This document shows, piece after piece, positions 57,725 to 64,000 of a stretch of DNA of 64,000 nt (the first letter of the stretch is position 1; each line of letters opens with the position of its first letter). Position numbers and translations under genes: made by a program. The DNA is taken from contig DASXQR010000048.1 in the NCBI GenBank assembly GCA_036507075.1, positions 13,697 to 77,696 of the forward strand, given 5' to 3'. The DNA comes from Acidobacteriota bacterium. GTDB taxonomy: Bacteria; Acidobacteriota; UBA6911; JACQSX01. Under the pieces are notes generated by a model, which saw nothing but the letters and a program-made list of their open reading frames with translations, was not told where the DNA came from and did no database searches.

Positions 57725-59002
57725 ATGCAGCACGAATTCGCATTTGAAATGGCCACTTCCAGTATCCGTTTCGGTCCCGGGGTGACGCGGGAAGTAGGGA
57801 TGGAAGTGAAAGAGCTGGGGGTACGCCAGGTGATGGTATTGACAGACCCCAACCTGAGCCGGCTGCCACCGGTAGCAACCGTTCTTCAGTCGCTCCACGA
57901 GCAGCAGATTCACTTTTCTCTGTTCGACCGTGTTCGGATTGAACCCACGGACGAGTCTTTTCAGGATGCGATCAATTTCGCAAGGCAGGCGGAATTTGAT
58001 GCCCTGATCGCCGTGGGCGGAGGATCGACGCTCGACACGGCCAAGGCGGCGAATTTGTATTCAACGTACCCCGCCGATTTCCTGGATTACGTCAACCCTC
58101 CGATCGGACGGGGCCTGCCGATTCCAGGCCCGCTCAAGCCGCTCATCGCCATTCCCACCACGGCAGGCACCGGCAGCGAAACCACCGGCGTTGCGATCTT
58201 CGATTTCAAACAGATGCATGCAAAGACAGGCATCGCGCACCGCAGACTGAAACCGACGCTTGCCCTGATCGACCCTGAAAACACCCGCACCCAGCCGCCG
58301 CAGGTAGCAGCCGCCGCGGGCCTCGATGTGCTCAGTCACGCTTTGGAATCCTATACAGCCGCTCCCTTCCACAACCGGCCTTATCCGGAGCGGCCTGTGC
58401 TGAGACCGGCCTACCAGGGTTCCAACCCCATCAGCGACGTGTGGTCGCTTGAAGCGCTGCGGCTGGTTTCGAAATATCTGATCCGGGCGGTGGAAAACCC
58501 GTCCGACGACACCGCAAGATCCAATATGCTGCTGGCAGCATCATTCGCCGGGGTCGGTTTTGGAAACGCCGGCGTGCACCTTCCGCATGGAATGTCTTAT
58601 CCGGTTTCCGGAATGGTTCGAAATTTTCACCCACCCGGTTATGCGGTAGACCATCCAATGATTCCCCACGGAATTTCCGTAGTGCTTAACGCTCCCGCGG
58701 TTTTTCGATTTACGGCTCAAGCAAACCCGGAGAGGCACCTGCGGGTCGCCGAAATTCTGGGCGCAAATGTTTTCGGCGCCCGGCCCGCGGACGCAGGGAA
58801 GATCCTGGCCGATCAGATCATCTCGGTCATGCAGCGACTGAAGGTGCCGCGCGGGCTGGCAGATCTCGGCTATACGCGCAACGACATCCCGGCACTGGTA
58901 CAGGGAACACTGCCGCAACACCGCGTCACCAAGCTTTCGCCGCGCCCCGCGGGGGAAGAAGAGCTGGCGCGGATTTTCGAAGAAGCGCTGAGCAATTGGT
59001 AG
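57725..59002 (+). CDS. Hydroxyacid-oxoacid transhydrogenase (Fe-ADH family, ADHFE1-like)
   Basis: AFEMATSSIRFG.G.TREVG, GGGS.LDTAK, PTTAGTGSETT, RPAYQGSNP.SD, GVHLPHGMSYPV. Confidence 0.9.
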   Translation: MQHEFAFEMATSSIRFGPGVTREVGMEVKELGVRQVMVLTDPNLSRLPPVATVLQSLHEQQIHFSLFDRVRIEPTDESFQDAINFARQAEFDALIAVGGGSTLDTAKAANLYSTYPADFLDYVNPPIGRGLPIPGPLKPLIAIPTTAGTGSETTGVAIFDFKQMHAKTGIAHRRLKPTLALIDPENTRTQPPQVAAAAGLDVLSHALESYTAAPFHNRPYPERPVLRPAYQGSNPISDVWSLEALRLVSKYLIRAVENPSDDTARSNMLLAASFAGVGFGNAGVHLPHGMSYPVSGMVRNFHPPGYAVDHPMIPHGISVVLNAPAVFRFTAQANPERHLRVAEILGANVFGARPADAGKILADQIISVMQRLKVPRGLADLGYTRNDIPALVQGTLPQHRVTKLSPRPAGEEELARIFEEALSNW

Positions 59003-59024
59003 CGCATCCCCCTTTGTACACCAG

Positions 59025-59061
59025 CCGCAGTACCGCGATCCGTCAGGTCGCGGTACTGCGG
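59025..59061. terminator. 16-bp hairpin between convergent genes (REP-derived; possible bidirectional terminator)
   Basis: CCGCAGTACCGCGATC / GGTCGCGGTACTGCGG; no strong U-tract. Confidence 0.45.
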
Positions 59062-59099
59062 ACGTGTGAATCCGGGCCTGCGCGCGGCTTGGTTTGTGG

Positions 59100-59930
59100 T
59101 CAAGTCTGCTTCGGTTTAATCAGGCGATTATAGAGTTCCCGACGAGAGAGCCCACGGCTCTGAGCCAGTTTTCGCAGCGCGGATTTGCGGTCTTCTCCGT
59201 GTGCGGTGAGACGCTCGAACTCTTTCTCCAGGGATTCATCGGCGGTCTTTGGGGAGCCCGCCGGCCGCTGCACCAGAAGAACAAATTCACCCAAAACCCG
59301 CTGGCGCTGTTCCAGCAGCGCCTTTAGTTCTCCGGCCGTGCCTCTCAATATTTCTTCGTGAAGTTTGGTAAGCTCACGTCCGGCGACAATCTGCGGATCC
59401 TGCCAACACACCCGCAACTGCTCCAGCAACTTGAGGATGCGGTGGGGCGATTCGTAGAAGCAGTAAATCCCCTCCTCACTGATTCCAACCAGAAATTTCT
59501 GGAGCTGGGACGCCCGAGCGGGCGCAAAGCCCAGGAATGTGAGGCGATCCATCTCCCATCCCGAAATCGACAGAATGGCCGGGAGAGCGGAAGCTCCAGG
59601 CACCGGCACGCAGCGAATTCCAGCAGCAACAGCCGAATGCACCAGATGTGCTCCGGGATCGGACAAACCCGGCGTACCCGCGTCGGAAAGTAGAGCGACC
59701 GATTCGCCGGATTTCAGCCTTCCGACCAGTTCCCTGCTTCGCTGTTTTTCATTATGTTCGTGGTAGCTGGTCAGCGGTTTTTGAATCCCGTAATGACGCA
59801 GCAGTTTCGAAGTGACACGCGTGTCTTCGCAGGCGATACAGGCCACCTGGCCCAGCACCTCGAGCGCGCGCAGGGTAATGTCCTTGAGATTTCCAATGGG
59901 AGTAGCCACGACGTACAGGATCCCGCTCAT
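59100..59930 (-). CDS. rsmI: 16S rRNA C1402 2'-O-methyltransferase
   Basis: LYVVATPIGNL.DIT.RA, CEDTR, SDAGTP.LSDPG, FYESPHR, RELTKLHEE. Confidence 0.95.
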   Translation of the reverse strand: MSGILYVVATPIGNLKDITLRALEVLGQVACIACEDTRVTSKLLRHYGIQKPLTSYHEHNEKQRSRELVGRLKSGESVALLSDAGTPGLSDPGAHLVHSAVAAGIRCVPVPGASALPAILSISGWEMDRLTFLGFAPARASQLQKFLVGISEEGIYCFYESPHRILKLLEQLRVCWQDPQIVAGRELTKLHEEILRGTAGELKALLEQRQRVLGEFVLLVQRPAGSPKTADESLEKEFERLTAHGEDRKSALRKLAQSRGLSRRELYNRLIKPKQT

Positions 59931-59956
59931 GTCGAAAAATCAGAGTTCGCGCTCAA

Positions 59957-60056
59957 AATGCGGATTTCGGAATGCGGAATGCGGAATAGGGACTGGTCTT
60001 GGACTCGGCCTCGCAGAATTAAGCTTGGCATATTCCGCATTCCGCATTCCGCATTC
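59957..60056. repeat. Inverted pair of AATGCGG heptamer arrays
   Basis: 59957-59987 and 60032-60056. Confidence 0.85.
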
Positions 60057-60080
60057 GGAAGTGTGTGCTCAAAACAGCTA

Positions 60081-61541
60081 TCACACCGCCAGTCGCGGAG
60101 GCGGGAGCGCAAATGAACGTTCCAGATGATAGGCGACGTTGAGCAGCTTTCCCTCCTGGAAGTGACCAGCCAGCAACTGTACGGCCACCGGAAGGTTCTG
60201 ATCCGAGTATCCAGCCGGCACTGAAAGTCCCGGTATTCCCGCCAGATTTGCCAGCACGGTGAAGACGTCGGTCAGGTACATGGCCAGGGGATCGTCCGCC
60301 TTTTCCCCGACCCGAAAAGCCGGCGTGGGCGCCACCGGCAGCACGATGACGTCCACCCGGTTAAACGCATTGCGAAAGTCCTGTATCAGCAGGGTCCGCA
60401 CCTTGGACGCCTTCAGAAAATACGCGTCATAATAGCCGCTGCTCAAGGCGTAGGTGCCAAGCATGATGCGCCGCTTCACTTCCTTTCCAAAACCGCGGGC
60501 CCGCGTCTTCTGATACATCTCCCGCAGGTTTGAGAAATGCTCGGCTCGATAGCCGTATTTGACGCCGTCATAGCGCGCAAGGTTCGAGCTTGCCTCCGAG
60601 GGCGCAATCAGATAATAAACCGCCACTCCGCTGGAGGAATGCGGCAGTTCCACGGGCAACATTTCGCAGCCCATTTGTCTCAACGTCTCGACAGTCCGCT
60701 CCATTCCCTGCTGGATCGAAGCATCCAGCCCGCTTTCCAGCAAAGAAAAGGGAACTCCAATTTTCACCCCTTTCAGCGAGGCAGCCAGCGCGCTGCTGTA
60801 GTCCTCCGGTTCGGAAGGGTGACAAGTCATGTCGCGCGAGTCGTGACCGGCGGTCGTCCTGAAAAGCACAGCCAGGTCCTCAACCGTGCGCGCAAAAGAC
60901 CCGATGGTGTCAAGCGACGAAGAGAACGCCACCAACCCGTAGCGCGATACGCGGCCGTAGGTTGGTTTCAGTCCATAAACTCCGCAAAACGCCGCCGGTG
61001 TCCTGACCGAACCGCCCGTATCGCTGCCCAGCGCCCCCATAGCTTCGTATGCGGCGACAGCCACCGCCGAACCGCCGCTGGACCCGCCGGGAACCCGATC
61101 CAGCGCAAACGGATTACGGGAAACATGGAACGCGGAGTTCTCCGTGGAAGAACCCATTCCGAATTCATCACAGTTGGTTTTCCCCACGATCACCGCGCCG
61201 GCTTCGACCAGCCTTTCCACGACCGTGGCGGAATAGGGAGCAACATAGCTGGCCAGGATGTTCGAGCCGCAAGTAGTCTTCAAGCCTTGCGCACTGATGT
61301 TGTCCTTGATGGCGACGGGAATACCCGTGAGAGCCCGCAAACCCGCGCCGCTCGATATTTCGCGATCCGCCTTTTCGGCCGCCTGCAGCGCATACTCCGG
61401 AGCCACGGTAATGAACGCTTTCACTTTTGGTTCGACTTGATCGATCCGCTTCAAGTGGGCCGAGATGATTTCGCGGCAGGAAAATTTTTTTGCGGTCAGA
61501 CCTGCGTGAATCTGTGAGATGGTGAGGCGTGTCAGATCCAT
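60081..61541 (-). CDS. gatA: Asp/Glu-tRNA amidotransferase subunit A
   Basis: AIKDNI, GKTNCDEFGMGSSTENS, PGGSSGGS, GSDTGGS, SSNLARYDG, EVKRRIMLGT. Confidence 0.96.
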   Translation of the reverse strand: MDLTRLTISQIHAGLTAKKFSCREIISAHLKRIDQVEPKVKAFITVAPEYALQAAEKADREISSGAGLRALTGIPVAIKDNISAQGLKTTCGSNILASYVAPYSATVVERLVEAGAVIVGKTNCDEFGMGSSTENSAFHVSRNPFALDRVPGGSSGGSAVAVAAYEAMGALGSDTGGSVRTPAAFCGVYGLKPTYGRVSRYGLVAFSSSLDTIGSFARTVEDLAVLFRTTAGHDSRDMTCHPSEPEDYSSALAASLKGVKIGVPFSLLESGLDASIQQGMERTVETLRQMGCEMLPVELPHSSSGVAVYYLIAPSEASSNLARYDGVKYGYRAEHFSNLREMYQKTRARGFGKEVKRRIMLGTYALSSGYYDAYFLKASKVRTLLIQDFRNAFNRVDVIVLPVAPTPAFRVGEKADDPLAMYLTDVFTVLANLAGIPGLSVPAGYSDQNLPVAVQLLAGHFQEGKLLNVAYHLERSFALPPPRLAV

Positions 61542-61545
61542 GGGC

Positions 61546-61842
61546 TTATCGGATCACCTTTGGCACGCGAAATTGTCCCTGGTCCTCATCGGGTGCGTTT
61601 GAAACAGCGCGGTTCCGGTCCAGAGAAGCCTGCTCCTCATCCGGGCGCGCCCTCTGACGGTCAATCTTGAAAGGAACCGCATGGTAAGTAGGTTCGATCC
61701 CTTCGGTATCAACTTGGCGTAGTTGTTCTATGTAATCCAGGATTTTCGAAAACTGAAGGATGAAGCCTTCGAGTTCCTGCTGCGAAAATTCCAGATTAGA
61801 AAGATCGGCGATGTGCTTGACTTCTTCGATTGTGATGGCCAT
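61546..61842 (-). CDS. gatC: Asp/Glu-tRNA amidotransferase subunit C
   Basis: IT.EEVKHIA.LSNL, VDTEGIEPT.H, NAP....GQF.VPKVI. Confidence 0.93.
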   Translation of the reverse strand: MAITIEEVKHIADLSNLEFSQQELEGFILQFSKILDYIEQLRQVDTEGIEPTYHAVPFKIDRQRARPDEEQASLDRNRAVSNAPDEDQGQFRVPKVIR

Positions 61843-61857
61843 AGATTCGATTCTTCC

Positions 61858-62796
61858 TCAGTTGACCCTGGCAAAATACCGCCGCCCGAGTTTGATGTCT
61901 TTGCGAATACGCTGGACCAGTTCCTCGGGAGATGCAAACTTTTTTTCCGCCCGGATTCGAAAATGAAAGAACAGCTCCATCTCGCTGCCGTACAGGTCCT
62001 CGTTCAAATCAAACAGGTGTGTTTCCACGATGGGATGTTCAGACGTTCTCTGCGTAATCGTGGGCCGAAAACCCACGTTGGTCACTCCCTGAACTGTTCT
62101 TCCCGACAGTCTGGCCGCAGTCACATAAACCCCGGTCTGGGGTATCAGCTCATTCTGCACGCTCAGGTTCGCCGTCGGAATGCCGATGCGCGCGCCCAGC
62201 CCGTCCCCGTGAATCACGGTACCGACCAGGGAAAACGGGCGGCCCAGCATCCGCTTTGCAATTTCCACATGACCATGGGAAAGAAAACGGCGAATTCGCG
62301 TGCTGCTCACCTTTATGTTGCGAAAATAATATTCGGGAATTTCCCTGATCTCTATCCCAAACCGAAGGCCCAAATCCTTCAGCAATGTGACGTCTCCTTC
62401 GCGGTTATGACCGAAGCGAAAATTCGCGCCCACATGAAGCTCTCGTATTCCCAGCCTCTGGTGAATGATTTGACTGACAAAATCATGCGCAGAAAGCTGG
62501 GCCAGGTCCCAGGTAAACGGGATCAGAGCCAGCAGGTCCAGCCCCAGTTTTTCCAGCAGCGCCGCTTTCTGTTCGAACGTCTGCAACAATCGTGGGGCGT
62601 CTCCGGAAGAGATGATTTTCTGCGGGTGAGGATGGAACGTAAGCAGGGCCGCAGTGCCTCCGTTTTGCCGCGCCCGCGTTACGATTCCCTTGAGTATGGC
62701 CTGGTGGCCGCAATGAATCCCGTCGAAACTTCCGATGCTAAGAATGGGATAGGGATAGTTTTCGGTAATTTCATGAAGACTGCGGACGATCCTCAT
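61858..62796 (-). CDS. ribF: Bifunctional riboflavin kinase/FAD synthetase
   Basis: IGSFDGIH.GHQ, TF.PHP, VSSTRIR, G.PTANL, GVY, NVG.RPT, ETHLFD. Confidence 0.96.
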   Translation of the reverse strand: MRIVRSLHEITENYPYPILSIGSFDGIHCGHQAILKGIVTRARQNGGTAALLTFHPHPQKIISSGDAPRLLQTFEQKAALLEKLGLDLLALIPFTWDLAQLSAHDFVSQIIHQRLGIRELHVGANFRFGHNREGDVTLLKDLGLRFGIEIREIPEYYFRNIKVSSTRIRRFLSHGHVEIAKRMLGRPFSLVGTVIHGDGLGARIGIPTANLSVQNELIPQTGVYVTAARLSGRTVQGVTNVGFRPTITQRTSEHPIVETHLFDLNEDLYGSEMELFFHFRIRAEKKFASPEELVQRIRKDIKLGRRYFARVN

Positions 62797-63545
62797 AGCT
62801 CCAGGGTCAACCCGTCATACGCCAGTCGAACTTGGGGGGGTAACGAACGCTCCACTTCCTCATGATCCAGTTGGTGTGAAATATGAGTCAAAAAAGCCTG
62901 CCGGGGCTGGATCTTTCCGATCTGTTCTACGGCCTGGTTCACTGAAAAATGCGCAAAATGAGGCGTGTGGCGCAACGCGTTCAGCACCACACAGTCGACA
63001 TTTCTGATCCGCCGGATCGTTTCCTCCGGAATGAAGCTGGCATCGGTAATATAGGCAAAATTGGAGATTCTGAATCCGAGGATTGCGAGTCTTCCGTGAA
63101 TGATCTCGAGCGGTTCGATTCGCATACCGTTGATATCCAGAGGGCCGTCGATCGCCCGGGCCTCCACTTTGGGCGCGCCTTCGTGAGACGTTCCATCAAA
63201 GATATAAGAGAAAGTTTCCCTGATCCGCTGCAGCGTGCGCGCATTCCCGTAGATCGGAATGGCGCCTTTTTGCCAGTAATTGAAGGGACGGATGTCATCC
63301 AGGCCCAGAATATGATCGGCGTGCCAGTGCGTAAACAGCACCGCATCCAGGCGCGAGATGGGGTGGCGCATGATCTGACTCCGAAAATCAGTCCCAGAAT
63401 CGATCACAATCTGGGCGGAGCCCTGGATCAGCACCGACGGCCTCGTCCTTCGGTTCCGGCTGTCGCTGGACTTGCACACGCGGCAATCGCAGCCAAGCAT
63501 CGGAACTCCATGTGAAGTTCCGGTTCCGAGAAATGTAACTTTCAT
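62793..63545 (-). CDS. Metallo-beta-lactamase-fold phosphodiesterase (PhnP-like)
   Basis: FLGTGTS.GVP..GC.C.VC, THWHADHILGLDD.R, AYITD, THISH. Confidence 0.9.
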   Translation of the reverse strand: MKVTFLGTGTSHGVPMLGCDCRVCKSSDSRNRRTRPSVLIQGSAQIVIDSGTDFRSQIMRHPISRLDAVLFTHWHADHILGLDDIRPFNYWQKGAIPIYGNARTLQRIRETFSYIFDGTSHEGAPKVEARAIDGPLDINGMRIEPLEIIHGRLAILGFRISNFAYITDASFIPEETIRRIRNVDCVVLNALRHTPHFAHFSVNQAVEQIGKIQPRQAFLTHISHQLDHEEVERSLPPQVRLAYDGLTLEL

Positions 63546-63575
63546 TTTCGGTAATTGTGGGGAATGCGCGATTGC

Positions 63576-63737
63576 CAGTTGTCCGTTGTCCGTTGTCAGT
63601 GGTCCGTTGTCAGTGGTCCGTGGTCAGTGGTTCGTTGAGAGCGGTAAGACTACGCATAACTAACCGTAAAACCGACGAGAAACCTGACAAGTCGACCACT
63701 GACAACGGACAACTGACCACTGACAACGGACAACTGA
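63576..63737. repeat. Inverted pair of TCCGTTG/TCAGTGG heptamer arrays
   Basis: Left ~63576-63636, right ~63695-63737. Confidence 0.85.
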
Positions 63738-63745
63738 ACAGCCGT

Positions 63746-64000
63746 TTACAGCTTGCCCTTGTTTTTTGCCAGGAATTGCATCCGCAGTTCATACAGCAGA
63801 TTTTCGAGCAGATGGCTCTCCTCGGCAGTGCGATTTCCTTCTGTTTTTTTCTGCAGCACGGATAGCCAGTCGATCATCTGCTTTGCCGCGGCGATGTTTT
63901 GCTGAGCGCGTCCCGCAAGGGGATCGGCCGACGCTTCCATATACATCATGGCCGTATTCGCCAGCGACATCAGAAACGCTCCAAACTCGGCGCTGCTGTC
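63746..64000 (-). CDS. DUF1844 family protein, 5' end outside the window
   Basis: F..FLMSLA.TAM.YM...DP; AKQMID.L.VL..KT.GN.T.EE..LL..LLYELRMQF. Confidence 0.85.
   Translation of the reverse strand, partial: DSSAEFGAFLMSLANTAMMYMEASADPLAGRAQQNIAAAKQMIDWLSVLQKKTEGNRTAEESHLLENLLYELRMQFLAKNKGKL

Noticed and set aside
60081..61842. gatCA without gatB as an anomaly
   Set aside because: Split gat operons are common; gatB is probably elsewhere in the genome.

Overview
GC-rich bacterial chromosomal segment. Gene content (carboxypeptidase-domain TonB receptor, DUF1549/DUF1553/DUF1501 cluster, DUF1844-PhnP-ribF-gatC-gatA-rsmI) suggests an Acidobacteriota-like organism (inference). It holds about 45 genes: central metabolism (frdABCD, sucCD, ndk, sucAB), peptidases (M16 pair, M20, S9), three GT-C-type membrane glycosyltransferases, thiol/redox proteins, a sulfatase, an Nramp-like transporter and tRNA-Val(CAC). 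I saw no integrase, transposase, reverse transcriptase or Cas gene. The most unusual signal is non-coding. About two dozen intergenic gaps carry short-period (6/7/8/9-bp) tandem arrays, mostly as inverted pairs. One encloses what looks like the 3' end of a four-helix-bundle (23S-IVS/Avd-like) gene. These arrays are invaded by a small element with co-varying 7-bp flanking direct repeats, which itself carries REP doublets. Some repeats appear to have been recruited as protein termini. Two items are missed by the ORF track: a probable C-terminal selenocysteine (UGA plus SECIS-like hairpin) in a TlpA/Prx-like protein, and a 57-aa zinc-ribbon ORF after the DUF1501 gene. All family assignments come from motif recognition, not database searches.
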